Assembly: GCA_051532035.1 (NCBI GenBank)
Contig: JAOPTW010000056.1
Location: 6,571 to 70,570, forward strand
Length of the DNA: 64,000 nt
DNA from: Fibrobacterales bacterium
Lineage (GTDB): Bacteria; Fibrobacterota; Fibrobacteria; Fibrobacterales; JAOPTW01
Direction: 5' to 3'
Shown here: positions 36,450 through 45,960 of the stretch, piece by piece
How positions within the stretch are numbered: position 1 is the first letter of the stretch
Layout of the letters: every line of letters starts with the position of its first letter
Notes under the pieces: model-generated
Database searches by the model: none
The model's input: the letters and a program-made list of their open reading frames with translations, nothing else
What the model was told of the DNA's origin: nothing
Position numbers and translations under genes: made by a program

Positions 36450-36680
36450 AGTTAAGAGACTGTGTTAAAAAGTTGTTCAAATTATACATATTTGGTTGTT
36501 TATTATAAAGAGTGCTGTTCTATGTAAGGGATTATTTACCTAAGCACTCGGTTTTCTCACAAAAGAACACAGAGATCTCTGTCTTTGAAGTATTTTATTC
36601 ATATCCAGATAAGTGATAAGTACAGTACTGTAATCTGGATTGCTTAACCCAAAAGTATTACGTATAGGGGTGTATATAGG

Positions 36681-39600
36681 GTGAATATCTACTGGTTGAG
36701 AGTAGTTGTAGTGTTGTTATTATGCACTAGTTCTGTGCAGGCTGATAAGTTTGCGGTTAAAACCTTTGCATGTAAAAATGGCGTAATGGCTCAGAGTGTG
36801 ACAGGAGGGACTGTTTCCCCGGTACTCGATTCGGTAGATAGAGACTCATGGCTTCAATTGGAGGCGTTTCCTGATACTAGTGCCGGTTTTGTCTTTTCAC
36901 ATTGGCAAGCATTCGTTCCTCGGCATGCATCAATCACCAACTCTTTTACTAAGGTAACAGAAGTTACTGCACCATCTGCTCCAAGTATATCAATTTGTGC
37001 TCAATTTTATAATACCTATTCTCTTACTATCACAGCTTCTCCAGGTGGGCAGGTAAGTGATTCGTTGTTACATAATATAAAACATGGTACCGGAACAGCT
37101 ATTTCGGCTCGAGCGGATCGTCGCTATAGGTTTTCCCATTGGATAATTACGAGGGGTGGACCTGATGTTACATTATTAGATACCTTTACTACAGCGACTT
37201 CTGTTTTTGTTGAGGCTGATGCTGAGATTAATGCACATTTCATGCCCCTGGTAAAACTTACGATTTTAGATAGTGCTGGAGAATTCATTGACTCACTCTT
37301 TGTCCCTCAAAATGTACCGACTCATATTACTCCCCCCTTTAAGCGAAATGACTTTAAAAATATTGCATGGACAACACAGTCGAGTACTATTGTCATTGAT
37401 GGGGAACATTCATTTACTCCTTTAGTAACCGTTCAAAATGACGGTGTGGTTAGGGTCGATTATAAGCTCAAAGAGATATATCCTATAACAGAACAACTGA
37501 TAGCCTATTTGTGGAATACCCATGGAGTAGTAGAGGATAGCACACACCCAGAGATGATGGCTCTCTCTATTGATGGAATAGGAAAACCACTAAGAATTAA
37601 AGCAAAGGGAGTAGCGGGGGATTCCTTAACACTTGTTTATTATAAAAATAATAGATTATTTAATCACCCTTTTCAGGCTAGCGCAATAGGAGACTCGGTA
37701 GTAATTGAGATACCAACGGTTCAAATCGGTGAACGAGTATATGCCGGGTTATATAGACCTCAGAAACAGTCTACTGGCGATTCAGTCATAGTTCAATATG
37801 ATGTTGGCCACTCTGTAGTGATAAGTTCAGAGCAGGGAACAGTGTCACCAAGTAACACTATTACACTCTTTGATGGTGAGACGAAATCAATACATGCAAT
37901 TCCTTTTTACGGGTATCTTTTTAACAAATGGGTAATAGACTCAACAACTACTCAAGTGAGTGGTTCAGTAATCAATGATTCAATTGAAATTTCGGTACTA
38001 TCAGATGCACAAATACATACTGTGTATCAGGTTGATTCTGCAGTACAGCCACAGATAGACATAGAGAACATTAATAGCTATCACTTTCCAGAAATATGTT
38101 TTGATTTTTCTCTCACTGATTCAGTATCAGGTCAGGTTATACCAAAAGTTGATAGGGATAGACTACTCCTTTGGCAAGAGCATGGGGATAGTAGTCAGAT
38201 AGAGACAAGTCATGGCCGTATTGAAAATTTTACTGTCACACAAACAAGAGAAAAACGTACCGTTTTATTTGCCATAGATGAGAGCTACTCTATGGACCAA
38301 TATATGTCACCACTCCAAGATGAGCTTCACTCCTATATTCTCCATATGGATAGTTTTAGTCAGGTGGGTATTCTTGGATTTGATGGTGAAATACGAGAGT
38401 ATACCTCTATAACATCCGATACAGCACAGCTTAATAAAGCTGTGGCGCGTTTGCGTACTATCATTCACACCTCAACCAACACTATTGATGCTGTCTATAG
38501 AGCGATAGAATCTATTAAACATCATGTTGGTGAAAAAGCTATTTATCTTGTTGCCGATGGAAGTGTCGGTGATAATTTTCATACGGTTAGTGATGTAACA
38601 GATTTGGCATTGCAGTATGATATTGCAATCTATAGTTTTTGGATAGAAGATTCAACGACAACTATTTGGGAGAGAGCGGCACTTCTCACCGGTGGCTCAG
38701 TAATAAAAAATATACCGAGAGATTCACTTGTAGAGCAATTGAGTTTTGTAGAAAGCAGTTTATACGATGATTATCGACTCTGTTATTCTTCTCCGGATAC
38801 TATTGCTAATGGAGATCGTTATCGCGTTTCACTCGAAACAGCACTTTCGGTGAGTGGCCAAGAAGGTAAAGATACTACTGAGTGGATCGAAAATGATAAA
38901 ACCCTCAAAATTACTCTTACCCCAGCAACCGATTCGCTGCTCACTGTTTCTGTACCCATATGGCAGGAACTTCCTATTGGTGTATTGATATCGAGTAGTG
39001 AACCTATTGTTGCAGCGCAACTTTTTTATAGAACAACAGGATCATTTTTTTATGATGTCGTTGATTTAGAACATCAATTAGGTGACCATTATTTGGGAAC
39101 TATTCCGCATTACATTGCTCTGAAGCCTGGTGTTGAATTTTATATAGCAGTCACCTCTGCTGATAACCAAAATATGTATGCTCCCTATACAAAACTTGGG
39201 TATCCTGTACAAAATCATCCATACTACATTGCAATCGAAAATAGTGCACCAGAAGTGGTGCCCACCGCTAATACCTGTTATATACGGGGGGCAAAAGAAT
39301 TTATTACAACGGGTATGGTTTTAGATCCAGAGGGGGTAACTGCTTTGGAAATCAGGTATCAGTTTGAACACTCTCCGCTATTGTTTAATGACGTTGTTAC
39401 AGTGTACAGTGATGGGGGTTTTAACTACGCTATCCCTCTACAGGATTCACTTCCTGTAGAGTATCAATTTACAAGTAGGGATGGGTATGGTGCACAGGGG
39501 CATTTTCCATTTAATGGCTTTATCAGAAAGGAACTTTGTCTTACTCTTCCAACACCAATAGCTACACTGATAAACCCAGAGCCAGGAAGTACACAGCATT

Positions 39601-41339
39601 TTAAGAATAGTGCACAGATTCTTTTTACACTCAATGGGTATTCAGTAGCTGATTCTATAGAGATACACTATAGAATTAATGGAGCTGATAATCTTTTTAC
39701 TTCAACCTCAATTGTTTCACCCGGAGATATCATCCAGATCCATGCTTCGGATACGCTTTATTTCTACAGCATGTCTCGCTCAAAACATTTTTCATCAAGT
39801 AATATAGACTCTTTGTCTGTAGTTAAGATACCGCAACTTACTCAGCCTACTATTGCAACAACTGCAATCTTTCAGAATGATACTATTCTATACAAAGAGT
39901 TTGCCTCTTTGCTCGTACAGTCTATTGATAGTACAGTGGACTCTGTAACTGTTTTTGCAGAATTACTCGATAGCACTCATCAATGGTCAAATATCCCTTT
40001 TGATACATTGGAGCTGAACAGATGGTTTAATAGTACCTCTACAGGCATGGCACGGTTTTATACAAAGGCACCATTTGCTCTTCCAAGTGATACCATTAAT
40101 CTGATGCTTTTTCAAATTCCAGATAGTATTATTGAACCTGTAGATATACCGGTTCAAAATGAGAGTTCCCAAAATGAGAGTTCTCAAGATGAGCTACAAA
40201 CGAGTTCATTTGAAATACATGAAAGCTCAGAGAATGAGGTAGACCTTGGTATTATTTCGTGGATTGTGGATAGAGATGGTGATGGTGTTGGTGAAACAGT
40301 GTATATCAGATCACGATATGGAATATCTCTCACTTCAGCAGTAAAGCCAATGATCCTTTTTTATCCCGAGAGTGATAGTGCTCGTATTGTGACTCCTTAT
40401 ACTATGGAAAAAGGGGGAGATGAAATCCGGTTAATACTGAGTACAGGCCAGAGTGCACTCGTTTCTGAGAGTGTTATGCAGCAGAGCCGGCTCTATCTGC
40501 AGGTTCCTCAAGAATGGAGCCAATTAGCGGCGCCACACTCTATCGTAATAGGGGATAGTGTCGCTCCGATTATCACAGGATTAGAAAGAGTTCCAGGGCA
40601 AGAGGGCCAGGGTGAAATTGATATACGTAAACGTCAGGACCATTTTATATTCACCTTTTCAAAACCTATGGATATGCTCACTATAGACACCGAAATTTTT
40701 AATGAGTCATTTTATTTTAATGAAACCTGTAATTCACAACTGAATAGAGAGGATCGTAAGGCTGTAACGTATAGGAATATTATTCCAATAGACAGTAGCT
40801 ATAGTCAATTTTATGTGCGATTTGATGACAAGGAAGAACCCCTTGTTGGAGGCTGTGTAGGAATTGATGGAACTCAGGCAATTCGGGACGTTTCGGGTAA
40901 TGGTATTCCAAAGCAATTAATGAACGTAACGGGAATACAGCGTACCGGAGTGCTCGATATGGGGATATTCCCCGCTGTTCTTTCGTTGTCTGAGACATTT
41001 GATCAGCCAAGTGGATTATTTGAAGGTTTACCTATAGATTCACTTGAGGCTGGTCGATTTGGCCTCACTCTTGCCTGTGACTCAAGCTTCAGCTCAGAGG
41101 TATTTATATATACGGTACAGGGGACCTTTGTCCATCATATGAGCTATCGTTACTCTAGAAATTTAATGAATTTCAATGACGTGAGGGGAGAATATGGTAC
41201 GATGCACTATCTTTTTTGGGATGTGCGCGGGCAAGACGAGAGAAAGGTTGGAACGGGGGTTTATCTGTGGCGAGTCATAATTCGATACGAGAACGGCACA
41301 AGAGAGCGTTATATGCTGAAGTCTGGATTGATACGTTAG
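36681..41339 (+). CDS. giant secreted surface protein with InlB-B-repeat-like modules, a vWA (MIDAS) domain and a C-terminal sorting-like domain
   Basis: 1552 aa, GTG start, signal peptide ..SSVQA/DK. Repeated G..F..W modules (FVFSHWQAF, YRFSHWIITRGG, YLFNKWVIDST). vWA MIDAS motif VLFAIDESYSMD at about 38262-38297. C-terminus FWDVRGQDERKVGTGVYLWRV. Confidence 0.7.
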   Translation: MNIYWLRVVVVLLLCTSSVQADKFAVKTFACKNGVMAQSVTGGTVSPVLDSVDRDSWLQLEAFPDTSAGFVFSHWQAFVPRHASITNSFTKVTEVTAPSAPSISICAQFYNTYSLTITASPGGQVSDSLLHNIKHGTGTAISARADRRYRFSHWIITRGGPDVTLLDTFTTATSVFVEADAEINAHFMPLVKLTILDSAGEFIDSLFVPQNVPTHITPPFKRNDFKNIAWTTQSSTIVIDGEHSFTPLVTVQNDGVVRVDYKLKEIYPITEQLIAYLWNTHGVVEDSTHPEMMALSIDGIGKPLRIKAKGVAGDSLTLVYYKNNRLFNHPFQASAIGDSVVIEIPTVQIGERVYAGLYRPQKQSTGDSVIVQYDVGHSVVISSEQGTVSPSNTITLFDGETKSIHAIPFYGYLFNKWVIDSTTTQVSGSVINDSIEISVLSDAQIHTVYQVDSAVQPQIDIENINSYHFPEICFDFSLTDSVSGQVIPKVDRDRLLLWQEHGDSSQIETSHGRIENFTVTQTREKRTVLFAIDESYSMDQYMSPLQDELHSYILHMDSFSQVGILGFDGEIREYTSITSDTAQLNKAVARLRTIIHTSTNTIDAVYRAIESIKHHVGEKAIYLVADGSVGDNFHTVSDVTDLALQYDIAIYSFWIEDSTTTIWERAALLTGGSVIKNIPRDSLVEQLSFVESSLYDDYRLCYSSPDTIANGDRYRVSLETALSVSGQEGKDTTEWIENDKTLKITLTPATDSLLTVSVPIWQELPIGVLISSSEPIVAAQLFYRTTGSFFYDVVDLEHQLGDHYLGTIPHYIALKPGVEFYIAVTSADNQNMYAPYTKLGYPVQNHPYYIAIENSAPEVVPTANTCYIRGAKEFITTGMVLDPEGVTALEIRYQFEHSPLLFNDVVTVYSDGGFNYAIPLQDSLPVEYQFTSRDGYGAQGHFPFNGFIRKELCLTLPTPIATLINPEPGSTQHFKNSAQILFTLNGYSVADSIEIHYRINGADNLFTSTSIVSPGDIIQIHASDTLYFYSMSRSKHFSSSNIDSLSVVKIPQLTQPTIATTAIFQNDTILYKEFASLLVQSIDSTVDSVTVFAELLDSTHQWSNIPFDTLELNRWFNSTSTGMARFYTKAPFALPSDTINLMLFQIPDSIIEPVDIPVQNESSQNESSQDELQTSSFEIHESSENEVDLGIISWIVDRDGDGVGETVYIRSRYGISLTSAVKPMILFYPESDSARIVTPYTMEKGGDEIRLILSTGQSALVSESVMQQSRLYLQVPQEWSQLAAPHSIVIGDSVAPIITGLERVPGQEGQGEIDIRKRQDHFIFTFSKPMDMLTIDTEIFNESFYFNETCNSQLNREDRKAVTYRNIIPIDSSYSQFYVRFDDKEEPLVGGCVGIDGTQAIRDVSGNGIPKQLMNVTGIQRTGVLDMGIFPAVLSLSETFDQPSGLFEGLPIDSLEAGRFGLTLACDSSFSSEVFIYTVQGTFVHHMSYRYSRNLMNFNDVRGEYGTMHYLFWDVRGQDERKVGTGVYLWRVIIRYENGTRERYMLKSGLIR

Positions 41340-41359
41340 TAGATGATACCTTTGGATAT

Positions 41360-41393
41360 AAAAAAACGTCTTTTGAAGATTCAAAAGACGTTT
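41360..41393. terminator. bidirectional terminator (giant ORF on +, tRNA-Asp on -)
   Basis: ACGTCTTTTGA-AGAT-TCAAAAGACGT is an 11-bp stem (41366-41391) with an A-run on the left. Confidence 0.75.
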
Positions 41394-41396
41394 AAG

Positions 41397-41470
41397 CGGA
41401 ATGGACGAGACTTGAACTCGCAACCCCCTGCGTGACAGGCAGGTACTCTAACCAATTGAGCCACCACTCC
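41397..41470 (-). tRNA. tRNA-Asp (GTC), copy 1; CCA not encoded
   Basis: Manual cloverleaf: acceptor GGAGTGG/CCATTCC, anticodon arm CCTGC-CTGTCAC-GCAGG, T arm GCGAG-TTCAAGT-CTCGT. 74 nt. Confidence 0.9.
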
Positions 41471-41476
41471 GGTTCT

Positions 41477-41511
41477 GGGCAATATATAGTTTCCTAGAAA
41501 GTTGATGTCAA
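41477..41511 (-). promoter_or_regulatory. putative promoter of tRNA-Asp copy 1
   Basis: The minus strand reads TTGACA (41511-41506), 17 nt, TATATA/TATATT, then about 10 nt to the tRNA 5' end. Confidence 0.5.
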
Positions 41512-41830
41512 GGAACTTTTTAGGAAACTATTGTTTTAGTTCGAAATCTATAAGCATGACTGAAGCTGCTTATAGAAAATAAGAACGTTCAGAATTCAGA
41601 ATGTAAAAATCCTTCAGCTGAGGCTTTCCTAATCAACAACCTGCAGAAGGCCCCCTTTGTGTATTGAGGCAAGCAAAACTTATAACTGTGAGCATTCTCA
41701 GAGAATAATGTTTGATAAGGATTAAAAGAAACGGTACACTGCATTTATAGTGAAAATAGAATAGCTCTGTTTGAAGAGGAAATAACAACAGAAGTTACTT
41801 GTGAATAAAAATTAAGAAAGGGGAGAACAT

Positions 41831-41865
41831 AAAAAAAGACCTCTTAGTTTCCTAAGAGGTCTTTT
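41831..41865 (-). terminator. intrinsic terminator after tRNA-Val/tRNA-Asp copy 2
   Basis: AGACCTCTTAG-TTTC-CTAAGAGGTCT is an 11-bp stem (41837-41862). A T7 run follows on the minus strand. Confidence 0.8.
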
Positions 41866-41868
41866 AAG

Positions 41869-41942
41869 CGGAATGGACGAGACTTGAACTCGCAACCCCC
41901 TGCGTGACAGGCAGGTACTCTAACCAATTGAGCCACCACTCC
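41869..41942 (-). tRNA. tRNA-Asp (GTC), copy 2, identical to copy 1
   Basis: The 74 nt are identical to 41397-41470. Confidence 0.9.
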
Positions 41943-41947
41943 TAAAA

Positions 41948-42022
41948 TGGGCGACACAAGATTTGAACTTGTGACCCTCTGCTTGTAAGGCAGATGCTCT
42001 AGACCAGCTGAGCTAGTCGCCC
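41948..42022 (-). tRNA. tRNA-Val (TAC); CCA not encoded
   Basis: Manual cloverleaf: acceptor GGGCGAC/GTCGCCC, D arm GCTC/GAGC, anticodon arm TCTGC-CTTACAA-GCAGA, T arm ACAAG-TTCAAAT-CTTGT. 75 nt. Confidence 0.9.
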
Positions 42023-42246
42023 TTTTTATCGCTCTTTGCAATAATCGCCCAAGGGATGATTACTACATAAGCAATGGTAAGTAAAATAGGTGCATATGTA
42101 ATTGATAGCGGGCTATCATACACTGGACCGATCTTTGGATCTTGACCCTGTGCAAGTAGAATAAATCCTACTAAAACAGTTGCAACTCCTAGACCAAGTA
42201 GAACAAAATTTTTCTTTGTGAAAAGTTTGTCTCCCTGTTGTGTCAT
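42013..42246 (-). CDS. DUF3098-like small two-TM membrane protein
   Basis: 77 aa, RBS AAGGAG 8 nt upstream. The pattern F.KKN..LL.LG...V..GF.L...G......SPL.IT.API matches the DUF3098 architecture. The last 10 nt, including the TAG stop, overlap the tRNA-Val 5' end. Confidence 0.55.
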   Translation of the reverse strand: MTQQGDKLFTKKNFVLLGLGVATVLVGFILLAQGQDPKIGPVYDSPLSITYAPILLTIAYVVIIPWAIIAKSDKKGD

Positions 42247-42401
42247 CGGGTTGTGCTCCTTGTTTTAACGAGGCTAAAGATACATATTATAGAATTAGAG
42301 TTCAAGGGAAAAAGGTAAAAAAGTTAAAAAAAAGTTATAAAGTTTTAAGTTATTTGAAGGGCTGCTGAGACGCTCGCTCTAACCCCTTTTAAATAAAGGA
42401 G

Positions 42402-44672
42402 TTAGTCTTTTGCGTAATTTAATCTTGTATGATACATTCCTTCAAGAGATGCCAAAAAAGCTTTTTTCATGAGCGGTAATTCAGAGAGAGTGAGCCCTGA
42501 ATCATCCATTTGATTCTCTTTAAGTTTCATATCAACAGCTTGATTTATAATTTCTTTAAAATCTTTGGTCTCAGGATTACTAATTGACCGAGCCATCGCT
42601 TCAAGGGTGTCGGCAATCATTAAAATAGCAGTCTCTTTACTCTGAGGTTTAGGGCCAAGGTGGCAAAAGTCTTTAGACTTAATTGCTTTGCCTGGGTTAT
42701 CTTTCACCGCTTTTCTATAAAAGTATTGAATAACTGTAGTACCATGGTGCTCGGGAATACTCGAAATAATAAGGGGGGGGAGTTGATACTTCTCGGCAAG
42801 GGTAATACCTTCGGTAACGTGTGAGATAATAATATCTTTGCTTTCCCATGGATCAAGACCTTCGTGTACATTCTTTGCCATGCCCTGATTTTCGGTATAA
42901 TAGAGTGGTTTCTGTGTTTTACCAATATCGTGATAGAGTGCCATAACTCTTACTAAGAGGCTATTAGCATTAATAGCACTCGCTGCCTTCTCGGCAATGT
43001 TTGCCACCATAATAGAGTGGTGAAAGGTACTAGGGACTTCGGTAGAGATAAGCTTCAGGGCGGGGTGATTAAAGTCAGAGAGCTCTATGAGGGTCATTGT
43101 TGTGGTAATCTTAAAGAGCTTTTCAAATATGGGGAGGAGCAAAAATGAACCGAGTCCAATTGAGAGGGTCACGCTCAGTGCACCATACGCCATTTTGATG
43201 TAGACGTTATTGAAGTTATTACCCAGGAGTGAAAGGGTAATAATCAGCAAACTATAGATAAATATTGAGAGGAAACAGGTTGTGATAAACTGCCAGCGGT
43301 ATCGAATGTTTTGCAGGGCATAAGCCGTTGTCATCCCGAGAGCTAACGCTACGATAGTCATATTGAGATCGTATCCGCACATCATACCATAATAGAGACT
43401 AAAATAGATTGAGAGTATAAACCCTGTTTTAACCGAAAAGAGCAATACTCCTAAAATACTCGCTACAATTATCAGATGGAGATACATGGTTTCTGTAGTG
43501 TCTATAAGAACATCGGGTCGAGCAATTTTGAGGAAGTCAATAATAAGTTGGGTTCCAAAAAAGAGGCAAAATTGAATGATCATCACCGTTGCAAGGGCGT
43601 GAATTTGTGTGTTGGTTTTTATTTCGTGTTTTTGATAGAGGATAAAATAGGCCCCCAAGAAGAGGGTAGAGATAATAATAAGCAACCATCGTCCTATGAG
43701 GGGTAGATATGACTTGTAGTTCTCTTGAGTCTGTTCTGTTTGACGCTTAAGCTCTTTGAGCACGTTAACATGATAACTGGTGACAAGGTCCCCAGGGCGT
43801 AAAATATCCATACCTTTATAGATTTTACCTTCGTACAGATCTACGCCAGTGCGGGCAAGCTCTCTACGCTTTTGGGTTTCAGATTCAAGGTAGAGAATTG
43901 TGGGTGAGGTAAAAGCAAAAAGAATTTCGTAGAACGCACTTTGTATTGCCTGAGATTTAGGATATTTCGACTTTAACTTTACAAACTCATCATCAATAAG
44001 AATTTCTTTCGTTTTAATGTCAGAAAGAGGGACGGATTCTTCATTACTGTCTTGAATTAGGTTAATAGTGGGTTTTGTATAGATGAGCACTTTGAGGTCA
44101 CGAATGGTAAAGGTTGCTTTGTAGTTTCGCACTTGTTTTTTATTCATTGCTATGAGCGAGTTTGAGATACCTTTGTTAATGATATTTCTAAAGGATTGTA
44201 TAAGGTCACTTCGAGCTTGTTCATTGGTACTCATTTGTGAAATTGCCACATGGGAGATAGATTTGTTCAGTTTTTGATAATGGGTTGCCGCGATTAACGC
44301 AATTGAGTCCGCTTTCTTGGTGCCGCTAAAGCGTTCGAGTTCCTTTTGAATCACTTGATATTGAGTGAGGTACTCAATGAGATCCGTAAATGAACTCTTT
44401 AACCGATTGTTCTGCTCTGTATCGTATTCAAAAACCGCAGGGACGGCATCAGCAGCCCCCTCTCGTTCACGAATCAACTGGTCTTCAGACTTTGGTATAT
44501 CAAAGGTAAGAGGAGCTACGTAGTGTTTTTGAGCGAGTTCATTCACTTTGGGAATAACCGATTTAATATCAATATTCTGCACTGGAAAGAGCAGGCATCC
44601 AATAAAGCATACGATTAAAAATGAAAGGCCGAGGTGGATTGTTCTTGGGGAGTTAATGCTCTTGTTTTTCAT
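42402..44672 (-). CDS. pgpH: 7TM-receptor HD-domain phosphohydrolase (PgpH/YqfF-like, HDIG)
   Basis: 756 aa: large N-terminal extracytoplasmic domain, 7 TM segments, and an HD domain with HHSIMVANIAE and LYHDIGKTQKP. Confidence 0.75.
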   Translation of the reverse strand: MKNKSINSPRTIHLGLSFLIVCFIGCLLFPVQNIDIKSVIPKVNELAQKHYVAPLTFDIPKSEDQLIREREGAADAVPAVFEYDTEQNNRLKSSFTDLIEYLTQYQVIQKELERFSGTKKADSIALIAATHYQKLNKSISHVAISQMSTNEQARSDLIQSFRNIINKGISNSLIAMNKKQVRNYKATFTIRDLKVLIYTKPTINLIQDSNEESVPLSDIKTKEILIDDEFVKLKSKYPKSQAIQSAFYEILFAFTSPTILYLESETQKRRELARTGVDLYEGKIYKGMDILRPGDLVTSYHVNVLKELKRQTEQTQENYKSYLPLIGRWLLIIISTLFLGAYFILYQKHEIKTNTQIHALATVMIIQFCLFFGTQLIIDFLKIARPDVLIDTTETMYLHLIIVASILGVLLFSVKTGFILSIYFSLYYGMMCGYDLNMTIVALALGMTTAYALQNIRYRWQFITTCFLSIFIYSLLIITLSLLGNNFNNVYIKMAYGALSVTLSIGLGSFLLLPIFEKLFKITTTMTLIELSDFNHPALKLISTEVPSTFHHSIMVANIAEKAASAINANSLLVRVMALYHDIGKTQKPLYYTENQGMAKNVHEGLDPWESKDIIISHVTEGITLAEKYQLPPLIISSIPEHHGTTVIQYFYRKAVKDNPGKAIKSKDFCHLGPKPQSKETAILMIADTLEAMARSISNPETKDFKEIINQAVDMKLKENQMDDSGLTLSELPLMKKAFLASLEGMYHTRLNYAKD

Positions 44673-45591
44673 AGGCGTTAATTATTTTTGAAACCAGTCT
44701 GTGTCTCTGAATGTCTTTGGTGTCTAGAGTTACTTGTGCGATTCCAGGGATACCTTTCAATATAGAAAGGGCGTGGGGGAATCCTGAGAGCTGATTGGGA
44801 GCGAGGTCTTTCTGTGTACTGTCACCGGTAATAATAGCGGTGGAGTTAGGGCCGATTCTGGTGAGGAACATTTTCATCTGTGAGATGGTGGTATTTTGTG
44901 CTTCATCGAGTATAATAAAGGTCCGCTTTAATGTACGTCCCCTCATGTAGGCAAGCGGGGCAATTTCCAACATATTTGATTCATTATATGCGCGGACTTT
45001 CTCTTTTGGAAGAAGCTCATCGATGGTGTCATAAATAGGGTGGAGGTAGGGGGCGATTTTCTCTTTTAAATCTCCAGGAAGATAGCCAAGGTTTTCACCA
45101 GCTTCAACTGCGGGTCTTACAAGAGAGAGTCGTTCTACATCTCGGTTTTCGAGGGCTGCAACAGCTAAAGTAACTGCAAGAAAGGTTTTACCGGTACCAG
45201 CAGGGCCATTGACAAAGACAATGTCGTTGTTGCGCACTGCATCGACTACAGCAAGTTGACCTGTAGTTTTAGGTTGAATGGGCTGACCAAAACGGTTCCT
45301 AAAAATGGGTCTACCTAATTTTGCAGCAGGGCGGTCGTCATTTTGACTGAGTACTTGTTTGAGGTAAAAAGGGGTAATCTCATTTCCGTTTTTTAGACAA
45401 AAACGCATCTCATCAAGAATTTTTATAGCTCGATCTATAGCTTCTTGCTGAGGTGCAATAATGAGGATGCCTGTACCACGATTTACTAAGGTAACCTTTA
45501 GGCTTTGCTCGAACAAAGAAACATTCTCGTTGTTCAGGCCGAGGATTTTGATTTTTTCAGATTCAGATATCGTGTATCTGTTTTCTATCAT
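44653..45591 (-). CDS. phoH: PhoH-like ATPase
   Basis: Walker A GPAGTGKTFLAV and IILDEAQN. 312 aa. 20-nt overlap with the pgpH-like gene. Confidence 0.9.
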   Translation of the reverse strand: MIENRYTISESEKIKILGLNNENVSLFEQSLKVTLVNRGTGILIIAPQQEAIDRAIKILDEMRFCLKNGNEITPFYLKQVLSQNDDRPAAKLGRPIFRNRFGQPIQPKTTGQLAVVDAVRNNDIVFVNGPAGTGKTFLAVTLAVAALENRDVERLSLVRPAVEAGENLGYLPGDLKEKIAPYLHPIYDTIDELLPKEKVRAYNESNMLEIAPLAYMRGRTLKRTFIILDEAQNTTISQMKMFLTRIGPNSTAIITGDSTQKDLAPNQLSGFPHALSILKGIPGIAQVTLDTKDIQRHRLVSKIINAYEKQEH

Positions 45592-45605
45592 TGATGCTTC
45601 GATGT

Positions 45606-45839
45606 TTAGTCCTCGATGGGCATCCCAAGTTCGCGTTTAAGGTTGAAAATCTCTTTTTTGAGTTCGTGATTCTCTTTTTCAAGTGTTAGCGCACGGCCAG
45701 ACATCTCATTTACATCACCCTCAATCTCTTTTGGGCCTTCTTCACCTGCTGGTTTTGTACTACCACATCCGGTAAGAACTAATCCAATAACGAGTAGCGC
45801 AGCTACACTCAGTGATATTTTTTTCATGAATTTATCCAT
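45606..45839 (-). CDS. small lipoprotein with short coiled coil
   Basis: Lipobox LVLTGCGS. The start is ATG 45839 or 45827, because the ORF-track start 45884 lies inside the aspS terminator hairpin. Confidence 0.4.
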   Translation of the reverse strand: MDKFMKKISLSVAALLVIGLVLTGCGSTKPAGEEGPKEIEGDVNEMSGRALTLEKENHELKKEIFNLKRELGMPIED

Positions 45840-45861
45840 TTTCGTAATCCTATCATAAAAT

Positions 45862-45893
45862 ATAAGCCTTTTGAGGATTCTCAAAAGGCTTAT
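45862..45893 (-). terminator. intrinsic terminator of aspS
   Basis: ATAAGCCTTTTGA-GGATTC-TCAAAAGGCTTAT is a 13-bp stem, with T-rich sequence following on the minus strand. Confidence 0.7.
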
Positions 45894-45960
45894 TCAATTT
45901 ATTTTACCAACTAACACAATTTAGCCTAATAGAAGGGTATTGTGCGGTTAAAGGGAATAA

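Noticed and set aside
41844-42041. 65-aa minus-strand ORF in the ORF track
   Set aside because: It is the literal translation of tRNA-Asp copy 2 and tRNA-Val, which have complete cloverleaves. It is not a protein-coding gene.
42773-42780. G8/C8 homopolymer inside the pgpH-like gene as a phase-variation switch
   Set aside because: It encodes a Pro-Pro pair in a conserved housekeeping HD-domain protein, so phase variation is implausible. I kept it only as a control for the G8 tract in the lipoprotein gene.
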